DNA from: Gemmatimonadota bacterium
Lineage (GTDB): Bacteria; Gemmatimonadota; Gemmatimonadetes; Gemmatimonadales; GWC2-71-9
NCBI GenBank assembly: GCA_036679605.1
Contig: JAZDCZ010000011.1
Span: 64,001 to 128,000, forward strand
Length of the DNA: 64,000 nt
Direction: 5' to 3'
The first letter of the stretch is position 1. Each line of letters starts with the position of its first letter. Shown one piece after another: positions 48,121-57,795 of the stretch. The translations under genes and the position numbers were made by a program. The notes beneath the pieces were generated by a model. It was not told the origin of the DNA. It saw nothing but the letters and a program-made list of their open reading frames with translations, and did no database searches.

Positions 48121-50774
48121 GACCTAGTGAGATGTGGGCGGTCAGGTGTTACCGACTGGCTACGCGGGTGTATCCCCGATCCTTCCACGTACGGTTCGGC
48201 CGGGAGATGGAGGCAACTTTTACCGCGTCGTACCTGGCGGCGCGACGGCGGGGCGGTGGGGCTGTGGCGCTCTTGTGCCTCAGGACTGCGGTCGAGGTGC
48301 TTGGGTGCGCTGTATTCGAGTGGGCGCAATGGTTGAAGCTCAGGCGCCGCCGGCTGTCGTCGGGTAAACGGTCTTTCGAATCGGTCACGTCGCTGCTCAG
48401 GGATCTCAGGATCGGCACACGCACTCTTCTGCGCCGGCCCTCGTTTACCTGGCCGGCTCTGCTCACACTCAGCCTAGGGATAGGATTGAACACGGCTGTG
48501 TTCAGCGTGGTACGTGGTGTGTTGTGGCGGTCTCTGACTTACGAGCAGCCAGACGAACTGGTGATGCTCTGGCCCGAGCGAGCGTTCAGCACACGCGAAG
48601 TGGTGTATCTCAGGAACAACACCACCACGTTGCGTGGCATGGCCACTGTGGCTTCTTGGACGGTGGCCCTCACCGATGTGGAAGAGCCCACGCAATTGAG
48701 CGCGGCGCGCACGTCGGCCAACGTGTTTAGTCTCCTCGGCGTTGCTCCGATGCTGGGGCGCACCTTTCGCGACGACGACGTAGTGGCGGGTGCCAATCCT
48801 GTCGCCATGTTGAGTCATGACACTTGGAGAGCGCGGTTCGGCGCTGACACGTCCTTGGTCGGACGGACGATCACTATCGATGGCGAGCCTCATCGAGTGG
48901 TGGGTGTGATGCCCAAATCGTTCGAGATCTTCTCGCCCGCCACTCAGCTCTGGATTCCTTTAGTCGAGGATCCCACGCGCTGGCAGTACAGCGGCAATTT
49001 CTCGCAGGCGATCGCTCGGATGGGGCCGAACGTGACACTTGCGGTTGCTGAAGCGGAATTCCTTGGGCTCGTGACGGGAATGCGGGAGGCGCTGGGTTAT
49101 CCCGATGACTTCGGTGCCGGGGCTCGGATGGCTGGTCTCAAGGAGCAATTGGTGGGGCGTTACCGCGGGATGTTCCTGGTGCTCTTGAGTGCTGTGGGCT
49201 TCATCCTCTTGATCGCGGGGTCCAACCTCTCGAGTCTGTTGCTTGCCAAGGCGGCCGACCGTCGTCGGGAGATGGCGATGCGGGCTGCGCTCGGCGCCAC
49301 ACGGGGAGGCTTGATGCGTGTGGTGTTGGCCGAGAGCGGTGTGCTGTCGCTGGCCGGAGGTTTGGCGGGTCTCGGGCTCGCATTCGGCGGGGTTGTGATG
49401 ATCAAGGCGATCCTCCCGGCGGGAATGCCTCGGGTCGCGTCAATCGCGGTGGACGGTCCCGTGCTCGTCATGTGTTTCACTTTCGCGTTGGCAACGGGTC
49501 TTCTATTCAGCGTGGCACCTGCGGCCGCCGTGACACGGGTGGATTTGCAGCGTGAAGTCGGGGGCGTGCGCACGCCCGGACAGAAAGGAATCGGCGGATT
49601 CGGTATGCGGAGCGGATTCGTGGTGCTCCAGGTGGCTCTGGCGGTGATGCTAGTGGTCGGCGCTGGTCTCATGGTCAGAACCATCGGCGAGTTCGCCGCA
49701 GTTCGGCCCGGATTCGATTATGACCGTGTCGTTACGCTTAAGCTCTTTCCCGTGGGATCGGGCTACGACTCGCCCGCCGAGTACCGGCGGTACTATCTCG
49801 ATCTGGTGGACCGGTTGGAGGCGATTGCGGGTGTGGAGGCGGTGGGCGCGGCCCAGCATCTGCCCTTGTCGGGGACGGAGTGGAACACGCCGGTCGACAT
49901 CGAGGGACATCCGGTTGCCGACGGCCGGTCGCGGCCCACCGCCGGGTGGCGTATAGTGACCGGCCATTACTTCAAGGCGATGGGGATACGGTTACTCGAG
50001 GGTCGCGTGTTTAGCCCGGCGGACGCAGAGGACGCGCCGCCCGTGGCGGTTGTGAGCCGCACGTTCGCCCGGAGGTACTGGCCTGACGGCTCGCCGGTGG
50101 GGAAGCGTATCAAGCATGGGCGGAACAGTGACACTTGGGTTATGGTCGTGGGAGTGGTAGGCGACGTCATGCACTCGAGCCTGGTACAGGATCCGAAGCC
50201 CGTGCTCTACCGGCCGCATCTTCAGTCTACCATGCCGGCTCTCATGCTTGCGGTGCGCACGGGGGGTGAGCCGGCGAAAATGGCGGCGCGGGTCAAGAGC
50301 GAGGTATGGGCGCTTGATCCGGAAGTGCCATTGTCCGGACTGTTGTCGATGGATCAGCTAGTGAGCGCATCGTATAGCGATTCGCGGTTGGTGATGCTGT
50401 TGCTCACGGTGTTTGCAGCGGTGGCGCTGGCGTTGGGGGCGGTCGGGGTTTATGGCGTGACGAGTTTTGCTGTCAGCCGCCGCACCAACGAGATCGGTCT
50501 CAAGATGGCGCTGGGGGCGAGCGGCCGCCGCGTGTTGGGTGAGGTGTTGCGGTTGGGTTTGATAAATGCGCTGGCTGGAACAGTTCTGGGTTTGGCGGGC
50601 GCCTTCGGGCTTGCTCGTTTCATTGAAGGGCTAGTGTTCGGCGTGTCGGCCACCGATCCCGCAACGTTTGCCGCTGTCGCCGGTTTCATCCTGTTGGTGG
50701 CGTTGGGCGCGAGTTGCCTGCCTGCGTGGCGAGCGGCGCGGATCGATCCGGCAGACGCGTTGCGCGCCGTGTGA
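48117..50774 (+). CDS. ADOP-type duplicated permease #8 (class C leader)
   Basis: ATGA overlap with padR. Leader RVYPRSFHVRFGREM. Motifs RDLRIG, LSLGIGLNTAVFSVV, PAWRAARIDP. Confidence 0.92.
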   Translation: MRPSEMWAVRCYRLATRVYPRSFHVRFGREMEATFTASYLAARRRGGGAVALLCLRTAVEVLGCAVFEWAQWLKLRRRRLSSGKRSFESVTSLLRDLRIGTRTLLRRPSFTWPALLTLSLGIGLNTAVFSVVRGVLWRSLTYEQPDELVMLWPERAFSTREVVYLRNNTTTLRGMATVASWTVALTDVEEPTQLSAARTSANVFSLLGVAPMLGRTFRDDDVVAGANPVAMLSHDTWRARFGADTSLVGRTITIDGEPHRVVGVMPKSFEIFSPATQLWIPLVEDPTRWQYSGNFSQAIARMGPNVTLAVAEAEFLGLVTGMREALGYPDDFGAGARMAGLKEQLVGRYRGMFLVLLSAVGFILLIAGSNLSSLLLAKAADRRREMAMRAALGATRGGLMRVVLAESGVLSLAGGLAGLGLAFGGVVMIKAILPAGMPRVASIAVDGPVLVMCFTFALATGLLFSVAPAAAVTRVDLQREVGGVRTPGQKGIGGFGMRSGFVVLQVALAVMLVVGAGLMVRTIGEFAAVRPGFDYDRVVTLKLFPVGSGYDSPAEYRRYYLDLVDRLEAIAGVEAVGAAQHLPLSGTEWNTPVDIEGHPVADGRSRPTAGWRIVTGHYFKAMGIRLLEGRVFSPADAEDAPPVAVVSRTFARRYWPDGSPVGKRIKHGRNSDTWVMVVGVVGDVMHSSLVQDPKPVLYRPHLQSTMPALMLAVRTGGEPAKMAARVKSEVWALDPEVPLSGLLSMDQLVSASYSDSRLVMLLLTVFAAVALALGAVGVYGVTSFAVSRRTNEIGLKMALGASGRRVLGEVLRLGLINALAGTVLGLAGAFGLARFIEGLVFGVSATDPATFAAVAGFILLVALGASCLPAWRAARIDPADALRAV

Positions 50775-51004
50775 GGCGGCCGGGGCTTGACCGATGCCGT
50801 ATGGGGCATGTGGCCGTGCCGCTCTATCAACCAGCGAGTGCGGCTCAGACGACCACGTCACCGGATACCCCATCAACCTCAATTCTCTTGATTTGGGAGG
50901 GCTCCCATTCATAAGTCTGCGGGGTCGCATCCGCGCGGCGGATCATGATCCTGTTGCACTGTGACTCGCCCAGGTAGCTCGGGTTGGGCCGAGGGCCAAA
51001 CCCC

Positions 51005-53755
51005 TCACTCCCACCTCAATGCCTCGACCGGATCCACCGTCGTGGCTCTCCGTGCTGGGAAGTAGCATGCGAGCAGCGCCACCAGAGTCACACCTACGGC
51101 TGCAGCAGCGTAGGTAATGGGATCCAGGGGGCTTACGCCGTACAGCAGTGCCGCCATGAGTCTTGTGAGCGCTGCAGCAGCGGCGAGACCGACGGCCACC
51201 CCGATCAGTGCCACCAATCCTCCCTGGCGGAGCACGAGCATGCGCACATTCCCTTGTTGCGCGCCAAGCGCTACCCGTACCCCGATTTCGCGTGTGCGCT
51301 GGGCCACGACGTACGAGATTACCCCGTAGATGCCTACCATACCAAGAAGCAAGGCTACGACAGCGGCAATCCCGAGCATGACCAGGGTGAATGAGGTACG
51401 GGCCATCGAATCGGCTAGGATCTGGTCCAGGGTCTTCACGTTAGCGAGTGGAAGATTCGGATTGATTGACCAGACACTCTGGCGGATTCGGGAGAGGACA
51501 CTCGCGGGGTCGGCCACCCTGACGCGGATCGCATAGGATAACGTGCGCCACACATATGGTGTGCTGCCCCAGAAGTCGGCCATAACGAACGGCCAGAAGA
51601 CAATGGTTGGAGGGTCCGCAGCCACCCCGTCGTCGTGTACGTTGCCGACTACACCGACGATCTCGTACCACGGTCCCCCCCCGCCGACCCGGATGCGTTT
51701 GCCCAGCGCGCGGTTTGGCTGGCCCCAGTACTCCCGAGCGAAATTCTCCGACACGACCACCACCGTTGCTGCATTTCGCATGTCATCCCACGTGAACACG
51801 CGACCGGCCAGAACCGGATTCCCCATCGTTGCGAAGTAGTCACCCGCGACCCACTTGTACCGTCGCGACGGCGCAAGCTCGTTTTCTGGGGTCGGAAAAT
51901 CTTCAACGTCGACGCCGTTGTTACTGGTTAGGCCGTCCATGGCAATCGAACTCGAGGCGCCGACCGACATGACTTCCGGGAGTCCTCCGATCCGCTCCAG
52001 AATGCTTTCGTGCATCCGGGCGGCCGCCTCGGCGTCCGGAACTTCGCGGGAAGGGATCGAGAGCCGTGCCGTCAGTACTTCATCCGGTCGATCGAACCCT
52101 GGATATACCTGTCGCAGGGCCTGGAAGCTTCGGACCATCAGGCCCGATGCGATCAATAGGATGAGCGCCAGTGCTACTTCGCTGGCCGCCAGGGCGTTGC
52201 GCAGTCGGTGCCGCTCTTTCCCGTCACTCGTGCCGCGGCCTCCGGACCTCAATGCGTTCGCCAGGTTCGGCGCACTGAAACGCAGCAACTGTAACAGACC
52301 AAAGACGAGTCCGGTGGCGACGGCGATGGCCAAAGTGAACCACACGACGACGGGAGTGATCGTAATCTGATCAACACGCGGGAGGTTGTCGGGCGCCAGG
52401 CGCACGAGTAGCCGCAATCCCCCATACGCCAGGCCCAGGCCCACTGTGCCACCACCAAGTCCCAGGACCAAACTCTCAGCGAGGAATTGACGAGCGATGC
52501 GGCTGCGACCGGCCCCCATGGCCGCGCGCACAGCGATTTCGCGTTGCCGGGTCTCGGCCCGGATCAAGAAGAGGTTGGCCACGTTGACACACGCAATGAA
52601 GAGCACCAAACCCACGGTGCCAAGGATCACCCAAATCACCCTTCCTATGTTTCCGATTTCGTCCACTTTGAGCGGATGCACGTCGGGCCCGTAGTTGGCG
52701 TCGGCCATCTTCGCCGCCGTGGGTCCACCCGGGAACCGCTCCGGCGCGAGTGGTAGCATGCGTGCGATGTCTCGGTTGGCCTCCTCCATCGTCACGCCGG
52801 GGCGGAGCCTTGCAAGTCCTCGAAACGAAAAGTTGCCTGCTGTGACGCGGGACCGATCGAACCGGAGCGTCAGGTATACCGCTGGATCGTTCCCCAGAAT
52901 ACGGATTCCCGGCGGCATGACGCCGATGATCTCGATTGCGAGGCCGTTGAGCAACAACGTCTGACCGATCACGTCCGGGTCTCCACCAAACCGGCGGCGC
53001 CAGTAACCGTTCCCCAGCATCACCGTGAGTGGAGTGCCCGGAGTATCATCCTGTGCCGAGAACCGCCGCCCCAGAATCGGTTCGATCCCCAGCGTCGGGA
53101 GCGTGCCATCGGTGACCTGCATCATCATGACACGCTCGGGTTCATCCAGTCCGGTCACCGTCACCTGCGTCGTCCTCCACAAACCAATTTCCTCGAAGAC
53201 GTGGTTCTCGTCGCGATAGGTGAAATACGTGCCCGGTGACAACGGATATTTTCCGTCGCCTCTTCCAGGCACGGTGTGCCACACGCCCACCAATCGTTCC
53301 GGTTGGTGAAACGGCAACGGCTGGAGCAGTACTCCATTCAGAACGCTGAAGATCGCCGCAGTGGCGCCGATACCCAGCGCGAGTGTGACCAGGGCCGTTA
53401 GCGTGAATCCAGGATTCTTGGCCAAACTTCTAATTGCGTACCGTAGATCCGCCATGGTAGTCTGCATCAGAAAATCTCTCCTGGGTTCTGATTTTGGCCT
53501 ACGCCCCGGACCGGTGAGGCGTTCGGCGAGGCCCGCCTTCATCAATTGCCAACTAACTCGAAGCGTTGCTACCGCTATCGCGAATCGTTGAAACGATCTT
53601 CCTCTAGCGGAGCGGATTGCTTCCTCGCGTTGATCGAAGAAGGCTGCCAGCATGTCGTCGCCAAACTGCCGTCTAAAGTCACCGGGGAACAATCGCAACA
53701 CGATTCGGATCCAGTGCTCGCTCCAATTCATGTGATCTTCACCCCTCCGCTTCAC
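51005..53755 (-). CDS. ADOP-type duplicated permease #9 (class C leader)
   Basis: 4-nt overlap with the padR stop. Leader [17 protein letters not shown]. Motifs [32 protein letters not shown]. Confidence 0.92.
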   Translation of the reverse strand: MKRRGEDHMNWSEHWIRIVLRLFPGDFRRQFGDDMLAAFFDQREEAIRSARGRSFQRFAIAVATLRVSWQLMKAGLAERLTGPGRRPKSEPRRDFLMQTTMADLRYAIRSLAKNPGFTLTALVTLALGIGATAAIFSVLNGVLLQPLPFHQPERLVGVWHTVPGRGDGKYPLSPGTYFTYRDENHVFEEIGLWRTTQVTVTGLDEPERVMMMQVTDGTLPTLGIEPILGRRFSAQDDTPGTPLTVMLGNGYWRRRFGGDPDVIGQTLLLNGLAIEIIGVMPPGIRILGNDPAVYLTLRFDRSRVTAGNFSFRGLARLRPGVTMEEANRDIARMLPLAPERFPGGPTAAKMADANYGPDVHPLKVDEIGNIGRVIWVILGTVGLVLFIACVNVANLFLIRAETRQREIAVRAAMGAGRSRIARQFLAESLVLGLGGGTVGLGLAYGGLRLLVRLAPDNLPRVDQITITPVVVWFTLAIAVATGLVFGLLQLLRFSAPNLANALRSGGRGTSDGKERHRLRNALAASEVALALILLIASGLMVRSFQALRQVYPGFDRPDEVLTARLSIPSREVPDAEAAARMHESILERIGGLPEVMSVGASSSIAMDGLTSNNGVDVEDFPTPENELAPSRRYKWVAGDYFATMGNPVLAGRVFTWDDMRNAATVVVVSENFAREYWGQPNRALGKRIRVGGGGPWYEIVGVVGNVHDDGVAADPPTIVFWPFVMADFWGSTPYVWRTLSYAIRVRVADPASVLSRIRQSVWSINPNLPLANVKTLDQILADSMARTSFTLVMLGIAAVVALLLGMVGIYGVISYVVAQRTREIGVRVALGAQQGNVRMLVLRQGGLVALIGVAVGLAAAAALTRLMAALLYGVSPLDPITYAAAAVGVTLVALLACYFPARRATTVDPVEALRWE

Positions 53756-54120
53756 CGTTCCCCCAACAGCCGCACAGCCAACTTGGATTCGAGAAGTGCT
53801 CGGAGTCGCTGTGCTTCCGCCTGTGCCACGCGTCGGCCGAGTCCGGTCGCAGCGTAGTAGCGCCGCTTTCGCTTGGAGTCCGGCTCGCCCAGGCTCACTT
53901 CCTCGATCAGCCCCCGTTTCATCATCCGACTGATGATTCGGTACAGCGAACCCAGCTCCAACGTCGACTTGCCCGCACCTTCTCCCGACGCTTGCACGAT
54001 TCCGTAGCCATGGAGGGGTTGCTCTAAGAGCATCAGTAACACTTGGAAGTCCTTGGGGCCCAGGGGCAGGAACTTGCTGAAGTTGCGTAACTCATTGTCA
54101 ACTCTATGCATGGCCGTCAT
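53752..54120 (-). CDS. PadR-family repressor #9 (class C)
   Basis: [15 protein letters not shown]...HGYGIV...LGSLYRII...KRRYYAAT. Start uncertain (54141, 54120 or 54111). Confidence 0.88.
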   Translation of the reverse strand: MTAMHRVDNELRNFSKFLPLGPKDFQVLLMLLEQPLHGYGIVQASGEGAGKSTLELGSLYRIISRMMKRGLIEEVSLGEPDSKRKRRYYAATGLGRRVAQAEAQRLRALLESKLAVRLLGER

Positions 54121-54419
54121 CTCACGGTTGATATCTGTCAATTACATATATGTAAGATACTTATATTAGCGAAAAGGTTGGAATTCAACTTGCTGTGAGA
54201 AGCTGTTGCGTCGGATGACGATCCTCGTCAGCGCCTCAAGCGCCGCAGTGCGGCTGCTCCCAAGGTCCTGGGAGGCTAGGCGGGAAGTCTGCCCTAGTCT
54301 TCCCATCTAGGACGTGAACACTATGAGAGAATACGCGTGACAAGCGGCGTCGATCCGATGCGGCCGCTCCGTGAACCCTAGTACCCCCGTGCACTCCTCT
54401 ACGGCAACCGTCCGTGCCG

Positions 54420-57178
54420 CTACTCCGCTCTCAAAACGTTCATTGGGTCGACCGCCGCGGCGCGTCGTGCCGGCGAGAACGATGCCCCGAGCACCAGTAC
54501 CATAAGGAGCGCGGAGGTTGCAGCGTAAGTGACGAGGTCCGTCCCGGCCACGCCGAACAGCAAGGACTCGAGCACGCGACTGAGCCCCGCTGCGCCCGCC
54601 AACCCGAATGCCACGCCGATCAACCCGATGATGCCGCCCTGACGCAGCACCATTCCTTGAACGTCGGCAGTTTGGGCGCCCAATGCTATGCGTACGCCGA
54701 TCTCTCGCGTTCTTTGACTCACGACGTAGGCTACAACGCCATAAACCCCGACGACTCCCAGCAGCAGCGCGGCCGACCCCGCCGTTACCAGCAACAGCAT
54801 TGCGAAGCTGAGCTGTTGCATCGACGCGGCCTTTAGTTGTTCCAGCGTTTTCACTGCGGTGATTGGAACTAGCATGTTCGTCTTGGCTATCTCTTCTCGG
54901 ACCATCGGCAAGACCGATAGTGGATCGCCCGACGTCTTGAGCACGATTGCGAAGTTGCGCACAAACATGCCGTGGCTTGTCCCGGGCCTGAATACCGTGG
55001 GCAGGTAGACCATGGGTTCGGGGTCCTGTGCGAGACCTGCCTCGTGAATGTCGGCTACCACGCCTACGACGCGGTACCATACGTCCGGCTCCGACGGCTG
55101 CCACTGTACCAGCCGCTGTTCTAGCGGATCCTGTCCTGGCCAGCGTTCCTCAGCGAACGCTCGGTTGACGATCGCGACGTCCGGATCGGTGGCATAGTCG
55201 TGACGGGTCATCTCGCGTCCACGGAGCAGAGTCGCGCCAATTGCCTTCAGGTACCCAGGTCCGATGAAACTCCGCGCGGCGAGAGGTGCCTGAGTGCCCT
55301 CCTCGGGGATCGCTTCCGGAGTGGCGATCTCGGCCTGATAGAAATTCCCGTCCAGCGGCAAGTCGCCGGTGTACGTAGCCGCCACGACACCCGGCAGCTG
55401 CTCGAGGGTTTGGGTCAACTCCAACAGGTAGTCCGTGCGTCCTTGCGGACCGTCGAAGTTATTGCCAAGTGTCACCCGCACCGTGAGCACGTCAGCCGTG
55501 CCGAAACCGGGCTCGACGTGGCGGAGGTTCCAGAACGTTCTCATGAGCAGTCCCGATCCCACGAGTAGCATCATCGCGAAGCCGGTTCTCATGAGCAGTC
55601 CCGATCCCACGAGTAGCATCATCGCGAAGCCGATCTGCGCGACCACCATTGCATGCCGTGCCCGGTTTCGTTCCCGCCCGCTCGTGGCAGCCCGGTCTCC
55701 ATCTCCTGCCACCGCTGATAGACTGAGCCGTGCGTATCGGGCTACCGGCACGAGTCCGAGTACCAGCGAAGAGACCAGTGCGATCGAGCCGGCAAACGCC
55801 AGCGCTCTCCAATCCAGGCCGACTTGATTCGAGACGTGGAATGTTGCTCGGTGCAATGCGGAGCAGCATGCCGGTGCCGCTCGCTGCGACCATGACGCCT
55901 AGTACCGTACCTGCCGTTGCCAGAAGGAAACTCTCGGCCAGGAACGATTGTGACAGCCGGGCGCCCGTGGCGCCGAGTGCCCGCCTTACTGCGATCTCTC
56001 TTCTCCTCGACTCGGCGCGTACCGCGAACAAATTGAGCACGTTCACCATCGCAATGAGCAGCACGAGCCCTATTGCGCCCATAATGATCCAGAGCACTCC
56101 GGCGATATCTCCCACGAGTGCGTTCTTGAAAGGCTCGACGACCGGTGCAAGTCGGCTCTCTTGCACCGAACGGGTGGTGAATCCGCCGGGGTGGGGGTAC
56201 AGCTCGGGCATCTGGTGCATCAACATGATGAGTTCACGGTTGGCGTCTTGAGCTGTGGCACCGGGCGCAAGCCTACCGATTGCCTGATACATGAAGTTGC
56301 CCAAGCGGGCCCTCGTACGGTCGAGCCTGAGGTTCACGATCAATGCGGGGTCGTCGAACGAGTTGCCGAATGTCACGAAGGCCTCGGGCCGTATGAAGTC
56401 GAACCATTCGGGCAGAACACCAACGATCGGTATGGGAGATCGCTCGGAAAGCGGTTTGCCGATGACTGTCGAGTCTCCTCCGAACCGGCTCATCCAGAAC
56501 TTGTGAGTGAGGATCACAACAACGGGCGCGCCGGATTGTCCCTCTTCTTCGGTGAAGAGCCGTCCCAGCAATGGCTTGACCCCGAGCACGGAGAACAGGG
56601 AGGGCGTAGCCTGAATAACCCCCGCCTCGGTTGCGCCGCTGTCTCCATCGGTGGTTGCGGATGACTCTATATAGAGGGCATACTCGGCAAGGGTGGATGC
56701 GTTTTCGCGGTAGTGAAAGAACGTACCGTCGGGGGTGCCCATGCGGTCGATGTTGCTGCCGGGTGCCGTGTGACTGATACGCACGAGCCGGGTTGCGTCC
56801 CGGTAGGGCAGGGGCTTTAGCACCACGCCGTCCACCACACTGAAGATTGCGGTTGTCGCTCCCACGCCCAGCGCGATCGTGACGATTGCAACGGCGCTGA
56901 AAACCGGCGCACGTTTCGCAACTCTGGCTGCGAGTTTCAGGTCGTTCCAAAAAGCTTTCTTTGTGCTTGGGTTTCCGCCGCTCACGCGCTCGCTCCACCA
57001 TATACGAGAGAGCGGTCATGCCGGCTTGGAACCAGTACCACACGTGTGCGACGACGATGGTAAAGCGGCGGGCTACCTTCGCGTGTTCTTGTCTCAGATC
57101 CCCCACGATTCCCTCGCGGGCGTGGTCGCCTGGAATGATTTTGCGGAGCCAGCGCTCGGCGAGTCGTGGTGGCGTCAC
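54420..57178 (-). pseudogene. ADOP-type permease #10 (class B leader), disrupted
   Basis: GTG start overlaps the padR TGA. Leader PPRLAERWLRKIIP...GDLRQEH. Apparent +1 frameshifts near 56950 and 55829, and an in-frame 48-bp tandem duplication at 55537-55632. The pieces are ORFs 56273-57412, 55492-56985 and 54420-55856. Confidence 0.85.
55537..55632. repeat. Exact 2 x 48-bp tandem duplication
   Basis: 55537-55584 is identical to 55585-55632 and encodes GFAMMLLVGSGLLMRT twice on the minus strand. Confidence 0.95.
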
Positions 57179-57412
57179 CGGTCCTCCAACACCGATTCGA
57201 AACCGGTCCAGAGGTTGACGAGGGCGCTGCGGGCAGCGCGGAGTCTTGACCAGGCGGTCCAGAGTGATGTAGACGGCGCCGCGAGCAACTCGCCTTCCCG
57301 TCTGCTCGATCAACTCTTCGCGCACTGCGGATGCGTATGCGTCGTTGCCCAGGCGCAGGACCGAGAGGAGCACCATCTGCTCCAATTCACCGAGATATGT
57401 CTTGCGATTCAT
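57175..57412 (-). pseudogene. PadR-family repressor #10 (class B) with internal deletion
   Basis: LGELEQMVLLSVLRLG.DAY...GAVYITLDRLVK is joined near 57244 to an out-of-frame C-terminal helix LRAARSALVNLWTGFESVLEDR*. The wing region (GGR.KRY) is missing. Confidence 0.85.
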
Positions 57413-57418
57413 ATGTGC

Positions 57419-57449
57419 CTACATAATTGATGTTAATGACTACATAATT
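57419..57449. promoter_or_regulatory. Direct repeat CTACATAATT x2 upstream of padR #10
   Basis: Copies at 57419-57428 and 57440-57449, 21 bp apart. A minus-strand TTGACT lies at 57469-57464. Confidence 0.55.
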
Positions 57450-57795
57450 AGCAGTACGGTGAGAGTCAAGGGATGGTTTCGGGTCACCGAGTGGGACAGG
57501 CACTCGCAGCCTTTCCGAGGCAACAGATGGAGGGCGGCCTCCAGGCGTGGTCATAGCTCCCAGGCAGTTGCTTGTGGCTGCTTGATCGATGACTTCCTTG
57601 ACGAGCTGGAGGCGAGAGCGGGAAACTTAATGCTGGATGTCTGGTCCGCTGAACGTGGTCGGTGCGAAAGAGAACCTCAGCATCGCGTACATGCACCGCC
57701 AGACCAACTTCATCGCGTCCCAGGCGTTCGCGGTCAACGAGCTGTGACTGCTGTGTGCCGGCGCGTCGCGTTCGGTGGATATGAAATCATCTCGC

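Noticed and set aside
56273..57412. 379-aa ORF as a natural PadR-permease fusion protein
   Set aside because: It is produced by the deletion and frameshifts. After about residue 155 it is out-of-frame sequence, and the true PadR tail and permease frames are visible separately.
57484..57790. Possible gene downstream of the anti-sigma factor
   Set aside because: Only short motif-free ORFs on either strand.
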